Below are positions 27,722 to 37,762 of a stretch of 64,000 nucleotides of DNA, in pieces. The number at the start of each line of letters is the position of its first letter. The first letter of the stretch is position 1. The translations under genes were made by a program, and so were the position numbers. The DNA comes from Candidatus Omnitrophota bacterium (lineage in GTDB: Bacteria > Omnitrophota > Gorgyraeia > Tantalellales > Tantalellaceae). The stretch spans positions 66,236 to 130,235 of the forward strand of contig JBDRKO010000026.1 of the NCBI GenBank assembly GCA_043813915.1. Direction: 5' to 3'. A model generated the notes under the pieces. It did no database searches, was not told the origin of the DNA, and saw nothing but the letters and a program-made list of their open reading frames with translations.

Positions 27722-28835
27722 GAAAAAAATAGTAGTTGTCTACTCGACCGCCGGCATGGGGCATAAAAAGGCCGCTATTGCCATAGCCGATGTTCTGAAA
27801 GAAAGACAGGATACGGAAGTGGAACTTATGGATATTCTGGACTATTCCAGCGGGCTTTACCATTTCCTGTATCTGGACGCGTATTGTTTCGCCATGTCGA
27901 GAGGAAAGGCGTTATGGGGATTCCTGTATTGGCTTACGAACATACCGCTCATAGATAGACTTACCCGCGGGATAAGAGGTTTCACCGATCATATGAACCT
28001 TTCGGCTTTCGGCCGGGAATTGATTAAAAGAAAGCCCGACGCGGTGATAGTTACGCATTTTCTGGTCCCCAGTATTGCCGGTATACTCAGGAAAAAGGGG
28101 CTAAATGGCAGGATATTTACTTTGATGACGGATTATGGGCCTCATAGTTTCTGGCTTTCGGACGCGGTAGACAGATTTTTTGTGGGTTCATCTTTCGCCG
28201 CCGCGGAACTTGTCAAAAGAGGTGTGGCCCGGGAAAAGATCGAGACTACCGGGATCTCTACTTCAGAGGTCTTTCATCAGACTTTCGATATAAGAGTACT
28301 GAGAGAAAAATACGGTATTGATCGCGGTAAGAAGACGATATTCCTTATGAGCGGAGGGTTCGGTGTCGGGCCGATATCAAAGATGCTTCTTGCTCTGAAC
28401 GCGTGCCGGACAAAGTTCCAGGTCATTGTTGTCTGCGGACATAACAAGGCGGCTTTCGAGAACGTGGTATCCATTAAAGAAAAACTGAAGTATGACATCA
28501 TACCGTTCGGGTTCACCGATAAGGTCGCGGAACTTATGGCGGTATCGGATCTTATGGTGACCAAAGCCGGAGGGATCAGTGTTACGGAAGCGCTGAATAC
28601 AAGGCTTCCTATGATACTTTTCGGTTCTATACCCGGTCAGGAAAAATGGAATGAACGGTTCCTTTTGGATAATAACGCCGCTAAAGCGGCGGGAAGCGTA
28701 AAAGATATAGCGCGTATAGCGGACGAGATCTTCGAGTCTCCGGGAACCTATGATACACTGAAAAAAGGGATAGACGGTATACGCAAACCTTATGCCGCTG
28801 AAAATATAGTGAAGAGCGTGATGGGGGGGATATAG
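27714..28835 (+). CDS. Diacylglycerol glycosyltransferase (MGDG synthase/UgtP, GT28)
   Basis: GMGH..AA, THF, TDY..H..W, TKAGG, IPGQE..N. Confidence 0.85.
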   Translation: MSKKKIVVVYSTAGMGHKKAAIAIADVLKERQDTEVELMDILDYSSGLYHFLYLDAYCFAMSRGKALWGFLYWLTNIPLIDRLTRGIRGFTDHMNLSAFGRELIKRKPDAVIVTHFLVPSIAGILRKKGLNGRIFTLMTDYGPHSFWLSDAVDRFFVGSSFAAAELVKRGVAREKIETTGISTSEVFHQTFDIRVLREKYGIDRGKKTIFLMSGGFGVGPISKMLLALNACRTKFQVIVVCGHNKAAFENVVSIKEKLKYDIIPFGFTDKVAELMAVSDLMVTKAGGISVTEALNTRLPMILFGSIPGQEKWNERFLLDNNAAKAAGSVKDIARIADEIFESPGTYDTLKKGIDGIRKPYAAENIVKSVMGGI

Positions 28836-28902
28836 AGAGGATAGAAGTCAGAGAGACGAGAGACGTGGGACGTGGGAAGAAGGACGAGGAATAGGTTCTA
28901 GC

Positions 28903-29180
28903 GTGAAAAAACAGCCGACCCTTTACATGAAGCAAAAAGAAGCTCCGCAGATGCAATGCAAAGGTCCTTTGGATTCAAGCGTTTTAAGTAGGGAAGCAAG
29001 CGACTTTACGGCACAGATATACGGTAGGGCAGTACTGCTGAATTTAATAGGTAAAAGAGACCAAAACGCTTGACTATGTGATGATAAAAGAACCGGACGA
29101 ACGCGAACCAAACTAAGGCTCGAAGAAGCGCTTAACTATGTGATGACAAAGCATCCGTAATGACCGCGAACCAAACGAAG
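28903..29180. repeat. About 210-bp dispersed repeat, copy 1, with degenerate internal tandem units
   Basis: Colinear with 34360-34700 (GAAGCAAAAAGAAGCTCC...CCAAAACGCTTGAC...GAACGCGA). Confidence 0.85.
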
Positions 29181-29187
29181 GTATATT

Positions 29188-29868
29188 ATGCGTGATATGA
29201 TAAACAGTATGAAACAGATCATAGAAATGGAAAAACTAGCCGGGGTGGGGGAGATAGTGACAGAGGGTCTAGGGTCGAAAGACGAGGGACGAGTGACGAT
29301 GGACGAGATGAGTTTAGTGGAAATAGAGAAAAAGATAAAAAAATGCCGGAAATGCGAGCTTGCGAAGACGCGTACCAATACTGTTCCCGGAGAAGGCGAT
29401 CCCAATGCCCGTCTTATGTTCATAGGCGAAGCCCCCGGGGCGGATGAAGACGCCCAAGGCCGGCCTTTTATAGGCCGCGCCGGACAGCTTCTAACAAAGA
29501 TAATAGAGTCGATAGGGCTTAAAAGAGAGGACGTCTTTATAGCCAATATCCTTAAGTGCCGTCCTCCGGGTAACCGGAACCCTCTGCCGACGGAAATGGC
29601 GGCGTGTGCTTCTTATTTGAAAGCCCAGATAGAGGCTGTAAGACCGGAAGTCATATGCGCTTTAGGGAAATTCGCCGCTCAGACCCTTCTTAACACGGAA
29701 ACGCCTATTAGTAAGCTCAGAGGAGAATTTTACGAGTATCAGGGAGTGAAATTTATGCCGACGTATCATCCCGCGTATCTATTGAGGAATCAGAGCGGGA
29801 AGAAGGACGTTTGGGACGATATGAAAAAGATCGCGAAAGAGCTAGGGATAAAGGTCCCGAAGAAATAA
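29188..29868 (+). CDS. Uracil-DNA glycosylase family 4 (Fe-S)
   Basis: C..C.L, GEAPG..ED..GRPF.G.AG.LL, NILKCRPP.NR.P, YHPAYLLR. Confidence 0.93.
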   Translation: MRDMINSMKQIIEMEKLAGVGEIVTEGLGSKDEGRVTMDEMSLVEIEKKIKKCRKCELAKTRTNTVPGEGDPNARLMFIGEAPGADEDAQGRPFIGRAGQLLTKIIESIGLKREDVFIANILKCRPPGNRNPLPTEMAACASYLKAQIEAVRPEVICALGKFAAQTLLNTETPISKLRGEFYEYQGVKFMPTYHPAYLLRNQSGKKDVWDDMKKIAKELGIKVPKK

Positions 29869-29918
29869 ACAACCCGAGGCAGCCTGTTCCGGGCCCCTCC
29901 GTTACATGGATAAGTGAT

Positions 29919-30003
29919 GAGTCCGAGGTATCCCATTCCATGCTCAGACAGTCCTCGGCCTTCGGCCTGCGGAACTGCGCGTGGAATGGAATGCCTCGGA
30001 CTC
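29919..30003. repeat. Long hairpin with TGCTCAGACAGTCCTCGG core
   Basis: About 22-bp stem GAGTCCGAGGTATCCCATTCCA/TGGAATGGAATGCCTCGGACTC; core shared with 33193-33332. Confidence 0.7.
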
Positions 30004-30045
30004 TTTTAAACAGGTTCTAGCGATCTTTGATTAATATTGAGTGTG

Positions 30046-30280
30046 GCGGGTTTTGGGCCCGTCGAGAACCCAAAACCCGCATTGGAAGATTGTTTCCGTC
30101 ATTGCGACCCCCGCTGTTCCGCTTTGCGGGGCAAAGCGACGGGGGGAAGCAATCACTTGGTGTCATCCCGACCGAACGAAGTGAGTGGAGGGATCTGGAT
30201 AATAACAAATGACAAAGCACAAATGACAATTGAATGACAAAATCCAAATGAAAAAAGAAACGCAAGACCCAAAACCCGCA
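30046..30280. repeat. REP cluster upstream of the protease-like gene
   Basis: GCGGGTTTTGGG/CCCAAAACCCGC hairpin; GTCATTGCGA...GAAGCAATC (reverse complement of 12152-12209, 2 mismatches); GTCATCCCGA REP; AAATGAC heptamers. Confidence 0.8.
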
Positions 30281-30300
30281 TGCGCATATGAGGCTACAAG

Positions 30301-31032
30301 ATGCTAAAAGAAGTTTTGATAATATTCTTTTTATGTTTTTCATTTTCTATAGAGACCTTTTCTTTAGAGAATAGAGAAATTGAAAAGGCTATGGTAAGAA
30401 TAATTACAAATAATTCTTTAGATGGAAAACATTCTTGTAACGGATTTGCTGTTCAATTTAAGGAGAAAATTTATATTGTAACGGTTAACCATGTTTTGTA
30501 TGACGAGAAACCAGAAATTATGGCAGACATCCTTATCATTGAGGATAAAAATGGTAAGAGAGTTTTTTTTGGGAAGAACGATTTTAAAAAATATTTAACA
30601 CAAAACGCTGGAATACCAGGAGAAAGAGTTGATATTGCTGTAGTTAATTTGCCAAGTATGCATGATCTAGACATTACTCCTATCCTGTTTGATTTTGTTG
30701 CTAATAATGCAATGTTGAGAGACCTTGAAGAGAAATTCAATGCTAATCTTAATAAAAAGGTTATTAGTCGTGTATATTTTTATGACCGCAATTCAGAAGA
30801 AGTGGAAATAGGTAAATCTCTGTTTGTAAATGAACCCGTTTCATCGGGGCAAAGAATGGTAGGGATAAAAGTTTTGGAGGATAAAATAAGGGAAGGAGAT
30901 TGTGGATCCCCGATTGTTTTTTCTTCTAGTGTAATTGGTATTGTTACGACAGAGTCTAAGGGTATTCAGAAAAACAGTATGGGAATTCTCGAAACAATCC
31001 AAAAGGCAGAGAGCAAGCCTTTAAAAACTTAA
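30301..31032 (+). CDS. Secreted trypsin-fold peptidase-like protein with Cys at the nucleophile position
   Basis: Signal-like N-terminus, NGF, IVTVNHV, VDIAVV, GDCGSP, VIGIV; AT-rich. Confidence 0.6.
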   Translation: MLKEVLIIFFLCFSFSIETFSLENREIEKAMVRIITNNSLDGKHSCNGFAVQFKEKIYIVTVNHVLYDEKPEIMADILIIEDKNGKRVFFGKNDFKKYLTQNAGIPGERVDIAVVNLPSMHDLDITPILFDFVANNAMLRDLEEKFNANLNKKVISRVYFYDRNSEEVEIGKSLFVNEPVSSGQRMVGIKVLEDKIREGDCGSPIVFSSSVIGIVTTESKGIQKNSMGILETIQKAESKPLKT

Positions 31033-31139
31033 TTTTCAGCAAAGGGGACACCTTCCTCGCTACGCTCGGGAGATGTCCCCATATGTCGAGTTGTAGGACG
31101 GTTTTCAATGCGACAAACTCTACAAACACAACAAACTCT

Positions 31140-33143
31140 ATGAACCCAACAAACCCCAAATACGTCGAAGTCATCACATCGCTGCCTATCGACCGGACCT
31201 TTCAGTATAGGGTCACGGGCGAAGAAAAGTATCCTCCCGCTATAGGTAAACGCGTGCAGATATCTTTCGGGCCCGCCAAACGTATCGGGTATATAGTGAA
31301 AATGGAAACAGAGCCACAGGTAGCCGACCCTAAACCTCTCCTGGATATTATAGACGAGGAACCTATATTCTCCGAAGAGATGATAACCCTGGCCGGATGG
31401 ATAAAAGACAATTATTTCTGTTCATGGGGTGAAGCTCTTGAAGCGATGATTCCGGGACCGCTTAAGCACGGTAAAGTGGAAATGACCACACGCGTGCATG
31501 AAGAAAGGGACGCGGTACTCGCAACATTCCCTCATGATCCTAACCTGGAACAACAGGATGTGATCGATGCCATAGACCGGTGCATAGACGGACGCAAACA
31601 TGAGGTTTTTCTTCTGCACGGTATAACCGGGAGCGGAAAGACCGAGATATATCTCCGGGCAATGGAAAGCGTTCTCGCGAAAGGAAAGACAGGGGTTATT
31701 CTGGTGCCGGAGATATCTCTTACGCCTCAAACGGTCGAGAGGTTCATTTCAAGGTTCGGGGATAAAGTGGCCGTGTTTCATTCAAAGATGCTTCAGAGTG
31801 TAAAATTTTCAGAATGGAAACGTATAAAGTCGGGAGAAGCGCGTATAGTAGTTGGCCCGCGTTCGGCCGTATTCAGCCCGCTGGAGAACCCGGGATTATT
31901 CGTTATAGACGAGGAACATGAACCGAGTTACAAACAGGACGATGTGCCCAGATACCACGCGCGTGAGGTTGCCATAGAAAGAGCCAGGATAAACGGTGCT
32001 CCGGTCATCCTGGGGACTGCCACACCTTCGCTTGAATCATATTTCAAAGCCGTCAATGGGGAATATACTTTGGTGGAGCTGACACAGCGCATAAGCGAAA
32101 AAGAGCTTCCCAGGGTAAAACTGGTCGATATGAGGATGGAATTCGATACCAGAGTGGGCAGGACCGTGATCTCAAGGATAATGGCAGAGGCATTACGTAC
32201 CGACATTTTCAAAAAACAGCAAGCGCTCATATTCCTTAACCGGCGGGGATTTTCGACTTTTGTCAGCTGTAGGAAATGCGGACATATTATAAAATGCACA
32301 AAGTGCGATTCACCGCTGGTATTTCACCGCGCGAAAAAACAGCTTATCTGTCATTACTGTAACAGAAGAGAAGATCCGCTTAAGATATGTCCGCTCTGTA
32401 ACAAGGATTATCTCATATACCACGGAACGGGAACACAAAAGGTCGAAGATGAACTCGCGAAGATATTGCCGGGCGCGCGCATAGAACGCATGGATTCCGA
32501 TACGATGGCTAAAAGAGGGTCGCATGAAAAGGTGTTAAAGGCGTTCAAGGAACATAAGACGGATATTATAGTAGGGACACAGATGATAGCCAAAGGACTG
32601 GATTTCCCGAAGGTCACGCTTGTCGGAGTGGTGGCGGCGGACGCCAATCTTAATCTTCCGGATTTCAGGGCCAGCGAGAGGACTTTCAATCTTATAACAC
32701 AGGTCGCCGGACGCGCGGGAAGAGGAGACTTGGGCGGCGAAGTTATAGTTCAGACATATACACCCGAGCATTACGCGTTAAAATTCTCCATAAAACACGA
32801 TTATCCCGGGTTTTATTCAAAAGAGATAGAATACCGGCGTGAACTTCTTTTTCCGCCTTTTACGAACATTGTCAAAGTGACATTGAGAGGGAGAAAAGAG
32901 GAAAATGTGATCAAGAGTATAGAGAGATTAGCGGAGATGCTGAAAAAGAAGCTGACTAAACCCGACATGATAGGTCCGGCCCCGTCTCCTATGACGAAAC
33001 TCAGGGGTTATTACAGATGGAATATCCTCTTGAAAGCCAAGGGGAGAGAAGGTATAGTAAAAGAGCTTAAGGCCGCGCTTAAAGGTTTTAGAAAAGGGCC
33101 GGGAGTGATCATGGCGGTGGATGTGGATCCGATGAGTTTGTAA
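31140..33143 (+). CDS. priA: Primosomal protein N'
   Basis: GITGSGKTE, VPEISLTPQ, DEEHE.SYKQ, LNRRGF, Zn CxxC pairs, GTQMIAKGLDF, QVAGRAGR. Confidence 0.96.
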   Translation: MNPTNPKYVEVITSLPIDRTFQYRVTGEEKYPPAIGKRVQISFGPAKRIGYIVKMETEPQVADPKPLLDIIDEEPIFSEEMITLAGWIKDNYFCSWGEALEAMIPGPLKHGKVEMTTRVHEERDAVLATFPHDPNLEQQDVIDAIDRCIDGRKHEVFLLHGITGSGKTEIYLRAMESVLAKGKTGVILVPEISLTPQTVERFISRFGDKVAVFHSKMLQSVKFSEWKRIKSGEARIVVGPRSAVFSPLENPGLFVIDEEHEPSYKQDDVPRYHAREVAIERARINGAPVILGTATPSLESYFKAVNGEYTLVELTQRISEKELPRVKLVDMRMEFDTRVGRTVISRIMAEALRTDIFKKQQALIFLNRRGFSTFVSCRKCGHIIKCTKCDSPLVFHRAKKQLICHYCNRREDPLKICPLCNKDYLIYHGTGTQKVEDELAKILPGARIERMDSDTMAKRGSHEKVLKAFKEHKTDIIVGTQMIAKGLDFPKVTLVGVVAADANLNLPDFRASERTFNLITQVAGRAGRGDLGGEVIVQTYTPEHYALKFSIKHDYPGFYSKEIEYRRELLFPPFTNIVKVTLRGRKEENVIKSIERLAEMLKKKLTKPDMIGPAPSPMTKLRGYYRWNILLKAKGREGIVKELKAALKGFRKGPGVIMAVDVDPMSL

Positions 33144-33192
33144 GTAGTAAATAGTGAGTCGGGAAGGGTAGAATAGGAAATAAAGAGGAAAC

Positions 33193-33332
33193 CGCTCTGT
33201 AGCGCTATGTCCAGTGCTCAGACAGTCCTCGGAATATGTCGGAGGCTGGTCGATTCCGGGAGAAATCGACACTTCCTCGGACATTGCGTCCTCGGTCGTG
33301 CAACTGCGCTCTGGACATAGTGCTACAGAGCG
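33193..33332. repeat. Long hairpin with TGCTCAGACAGTCCTCGG core and nested modules
   Basis: Stem CGCTCTGTAGCGCTATGTCCAG/CTGGACATAGTGCTACAGAGCG. Confidence 0.7.
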
Positions 33333-33418
33333 TGCGAGTATATGCGCGTAACAAACATAAAAAGAGCGATGGCTTATGCCGGGACCATCGAGATCCCGGC
33401 ATAAGCAACTGGAATAAT

Positions 33419-34351
33419 ATGAAAATAATATTTTTTGGAACAGGAGATTTCGGGCTATCTACCCTTAAACGGCTCATAAAGAGCGGACATGACATTGCCG
33501 CGGTGGTAACGCAGCCTGATAAGAAGAAAGGACGGGGGATGGGGGTCCATCCTACGCCTGTTAAGGCATTGATAGAGGATACCATGCCGGGAACGGATGT
33601 GTTACAGCCGGGAAAACTTACCGGAGAGTTTATTGAGGATATAAAGCGTCCGGAAGCCGATGTTTTTGTGGTAGTGGATTACGGTAAGATCCTGCCGGTA
33701 TCCGTGCTGGAACTGCCTAAACGTTACTGTATAAACCTGCATCCGTCGCTTTTGCCTAAGTACAGAGGTTCGTCGCCCGTGAATCAAGCTATTCTTAACG
33801 GTGACGCGGTAACGGGCAATACGGTCATAAAGATTAACGAACGGATGGATGCCGGAGAGATACTGCTTCAGGAAGAATTCATTATTGGTAAGGATGAGGA
33901 CGCGCTGAGTTTGTCCGAAAGATTATCCGCTCACGGCGCGGAACTTATCATCAAGACGCTGGATATGATAGCCGCGGGAAAGGAAACTCTTACCGCGCAG
34001 GATGAGAGTGAGGCCACCTACGCGGCCAAACTCAAAAAAGAGGACGGTGAGATCGATTGGACCCGAACAGCCGAGGAAATAGACAGAAAGATCAGAGGTC
34101 TTAAACCCTGGCCCGGAGCGTTTACTTATATAAACGGAAAGATGTTAAAGATCCTTGAAGCAGAGATAGCACCTGCACAAAAAGACATAATGCTTGCAGG
34201 TACTGTTTTCCTTGATAAGGAGAGATTACTTGTATCTGCCTCGGACAAGGCGATATATGTAAAAATACTTCAGCTTGAGGGGAGAAAAGCAATGTCTGCT
34301 GAAGAATTTATGAGAGGGTGGCCCATAAAGAAAGGTATGATTTTGGGGTAG
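33419..34351 (+). CDS. fmt: Methionyl-tRNA formyltransferase
   Basis: MKIIFFGT, VTQPDK..GRG, NLHPSLLPKYRG, MDAG, PWPGA. Confidence 0.95.
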   Translation: MKIIFFGTGDFGLSTLKRLIKSGHDIAAVVTQPDKKKGRGMGVHPTPVKALIEDTMPGTDVLQPGKLTGEFIEDIKRPEADVFVVVDYGKILPVSVLELPKRYCINLHPSLLPKYRGSSPVNQAILNGDAVTGNTVIKINERMDAGEILLQEEFIIGKDEDALSLSERLSAHGAELIIKTLDMIAAGKETLTAQDESEATYAAKLKKEDGEIDWTRTAEEIDRKIRGLKPWPGAFTYINGKMLKILEAEIAPAQKDIMLAGTVFLDKERLLVSASDKAIYVKILQLEGRKAMSAEEFMRGWPIKKGMILG

Positions 34352-34359
34352 ATCCAAAA

Positions 34360-34700
34360 GAGAAAAAACAACTGAACCTTAACCTGAAGCAAAAAGAAGC
34401 TCCCCAGATGCAATGCAAAGGTCCTTTGCCTTCAAGCGTTTTAAATAGAAGGACCAGCAACTTTACGGCACAAATATACGGTAGGGCAGTACTACTGAAT
34501 TTAACAGGTAAAAGAGACCAAAACGCTTGACTGTGTGCTGACAAAAGAACCGGACGAACGCGACCAAACTAAAACGAGACAAAACGTTTGATATCACTTT
34601 AACGAAACAACTATATGAGCGCGAGCCATATGAACGAGAACCAAACTTAGACAAGTTACTAAACACGGAGCCGGAACAATCGCGAACCAGACGTGAGGTT
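34360..34700. repeat. About 210-bp dispersed repeat, copy 2, with degenerate CGCGAACCAAAC units
   Basis: Colinear with 28903-29180. Confidence 0.85.
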
Positions 34701-34761
34701 CGGATAAAAATTGCAAAACGACCCTTCAGATGTTCTTGCCCATCACATCTTCAGGGTTAAT

Positions 34762-34946
34762 TTTTACCCATTCGCCCCGGCGAAGCCTAGTGCTTCAGCG
34801 CGGGGGAAATAGCCGAGGCTCTCCTCGCGGTGCTCGGGACACTGCAGGATCAATTGGGAACCCTTCGGCTTCGCTCCCCTCGACAAGCTCGGGGCAGGCA
34901 GGGCAAGCAAGCCCCAGTCTTTAGACCGGGGTATCGGTAAATTGAC
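34762..34946. mobile_element. MITE-like non-autonomous element, copy 2, with nested modules
   Basis: Homologous to 20487-20663 but with different module content. Confidence 0.55.
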
Positions 34947-34969
34947 TGCGTAAAAATTAAGGAGAAAAT

Positions 34970-36352
34970 ATGAGAAAGATACTGGGGTATTATCTAGCGA
35001 TCATGTTGTTTTTTTCGGTTTTCGCGCATATTTCCGCCGCGGATGATATGACCGAACTTAAAGAACAGATAAAAATGATGCAGGGGCGTATTGAGGAACA
35101 ATCGAAACAGATAGTAGAAATGAGATCCAAGCTCGAGAAACTCGAAAAGGGGACAGTTGCCGATAAACAGACACCCGCGGGTGTAGAGCAAAGAGTATCC
35201 GACTTAGAACAGAAAGTTTCGGGACCGGGGACCCTTAAAAGCTATTGGAAAGAAGGCCTGAAGTTCTCTGATGATAAGGGTAATTTCAGTCTGGCTGTGG
35301 GAGGAAGGCTGATGGCGGATACCGGCTGGATGCAGGAAGAGTCCGCGATGATCGGCGCGGCAGGCAAGGCATCGGACCAGGCGGAGTTCAGAAGAGCGCG
35401 TCTTTTTGCCTCAGGAACCGTATACGATAACGTTATTTTTGTGACGGAATATGATTTTGCGGGCGGGGACGCGGATTTCAAGGATGTGTATATAGGGGTA
35501 AAGGATATCCCTTACGCAGGAACGGTGAAAGCCGGACATATCAAACAGCCGTTCTGCCTGGATGAACTTACCAGCAGCAAGTATATTACTTTTATGGAAA
35601 CTTCTCTGGTGACCGCGCTGATACCCGGATATGATGTAGGGTTAGGAGCGAATTCAACATTGTTCGACGACAGAATGACATGGGCGCTGAGCTTATACCG
35701 TGACGCTGACGGATACGGCACAGTATCTTCGAACGAATACAATATGGCCGCGCGTATCACCGGACTTCCCTGGTACGAAGATGACGGAGAGAAGCTGCTT
35801 CATCTTGGTCTGGCTTATAGTTTTCAAGATCCCGAAGAAAGTAAACAGTATCATGCTAAACCCGAGAACAATATGGCGCCTTATTTCGCGGATACGGGTT
35901 CTTTTGACGTCCATCATGTGAACCTTCTGGGATGCGAAGCGTCCGCGGTTCTCGGACCGTTATCTATGCAGGGAGAATTAGTCCAATCTTTCGTGGAGGA
36001 AGAAGGCGGGGAAGATACATATTTTTACGGGGCAAGCGCTCAAGTGAGTTATTTTCTTACGGGCGAATACAGGCCTTACAGCAGATCGGCCGGAGTGTTT
36101 TCCCGGGTCAAGCCGAAAGAAAATTTTTCTATAAAGGATAAGACCTGGGGTGCTTGGGAGCTTGCCGCAAGATATTCCCATCTCGATCTTAAGGATAACG
36201 GCATTGACGGAGGAATATTATCCGATTCGACATTGGGCCTCAATTGGTATCTGAACCCTACTACCCGTATAATGGCGAATTATATCCATTCGCATCTTAA
36301 CGGTGTAGGTAACGCGGATGCCTTTCTTACCAGGATCCAAATAGACTTCTAA
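34970..36352 (+). CDS. Phosphate-selective porin OprO/OprP family
   Basis: Signal peptide, coiled coil, GRLMAD, FRRARL, EYDFA, GAWELAARYS, GLNWYLN, C-terminal Phe. Confidence 0.88.
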   Translation: MRKILGYYLAIMLFFSVFAHISAADDMTELKEQIKMMQGRIEEQSKQIVEMRSKLEKLEKGTVADKQTPAGVEQRVSDLEQKVSGPGTLKSYWKEGLKFSDDKGNFSLAVGGRLMADTGWMQEESAMIGAAGKASDQAEFRRARLFASGTVYDNVIFVTEYDFAGGDADFKDVYIGVKDIPYAGTVKAGHIKQPFCLDELTSSKYITFMETSLVTALIPGYDVGLGANSTLFDDRMTWALSLYRDADGYGTVSSNEYNMAARITGLPWYEDDGEKLLHLGLAYSFQDPEESKQYHAKPENNMAPYFADTGSFDVHHVNLLGCEASAVLGPLSMQGELVQSFVEEEGGEDTYFYGASAQVSYFLTGEYRPYSRSAGVFSRVKPKENFSIKDKTWGAWELAARYSHLDLKDNGIDGGILSDSTLGLNWYLNPTTRIMANYIHSHLNGVGNADAFLTRIQIDF

Positions 36353-36359
36353 AAAATTA

Positions 36360-36415
36360 GGGACGTTTCCCTATTAATAAGGCAACAGAAAGCAAGTTAA
36401 CAGGGAAACGTCCCC
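36360..36415. repeat. GGGACGTTTCCC/GGGAAACGTCCC inverted repeat (REP or terminator)
   Basis: 13-bp arms downstream of the porin stop. Confidence 0.55.
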
Positions 36416-36461
36416 AATTTCCGTTCTTACTTTAGGATATACAGTTTATTTAAAAAACATG

Positions 36462-36490
36462 TTGAACGATAAGGTTCTTAAGTATATAAT
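36462..36490 (+). promoter_or_regulatory. sigma70 promoter of the gap operon
   Basis: TTGAAC-N17-TATAAT. Confidence 0.6.
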
Positions 36491-36660
36491 ACACACTTCA
36501 TAAATTCAGTTCGTAGCCGGTAGTCCGGGGTCCGTAGTCCGGAAAGAGCTCAACACTAGGCAATGGAACAGTAAGATTTAGTCCATAACTGAGAGTTTGT
36601 ATTTTAGATACAAAAACACTTATTTTAAAGTGCAGACTACGGATCAGTTAAGGACCGTGA

Positions 36661-37680
<1,020 letters not shown>

Positions 37681-37698
37681 TTGGAATGCAATAGCGAT

Positions 37699-37739
37699 CT
37701 TTAAGGAGAAGGCTTTTTAAAAAAGCCTTCTCCTTAAAG
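37699..37739. terminator. Strong symmetric hairpin between gap and pgk
   Basis: CTTTAAGGAGAAGGCTTTT/AAAAGCCTTCTCCTTAAAG. Confidence 0.55.
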
Positions 37740-37762
37740 GATAATTACGTAACGGAGCTGAT

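Noticed and set aside
28893-30022. 11-bp direct repeat AGGTTCTAGCG bracketing udg, a possible target-site duplication
   Set aside because: No transposase or terminal inverted repeats; likely another short repeat module or chance.
33144-33418. Missing def between priA and fmt, possible pseudogene
   Set aside because: No deformylase motifs (HEXDH, EGCLS) seen; the spacer is explained by a hairpin repeat.
28903-34572. Possible DGR template/variable repeat pair
   Set aside because: Mismatches include C/G and T/C and run in both directions, so they are not adenine-specific; no reverse transcriptase is in the window.
34555-34700. Possible CRISPR mini-array (CGCGAACCAAAC units)
   Set aside because: Units are short, degenerate and irregularly spaced, and no cas genes are present.
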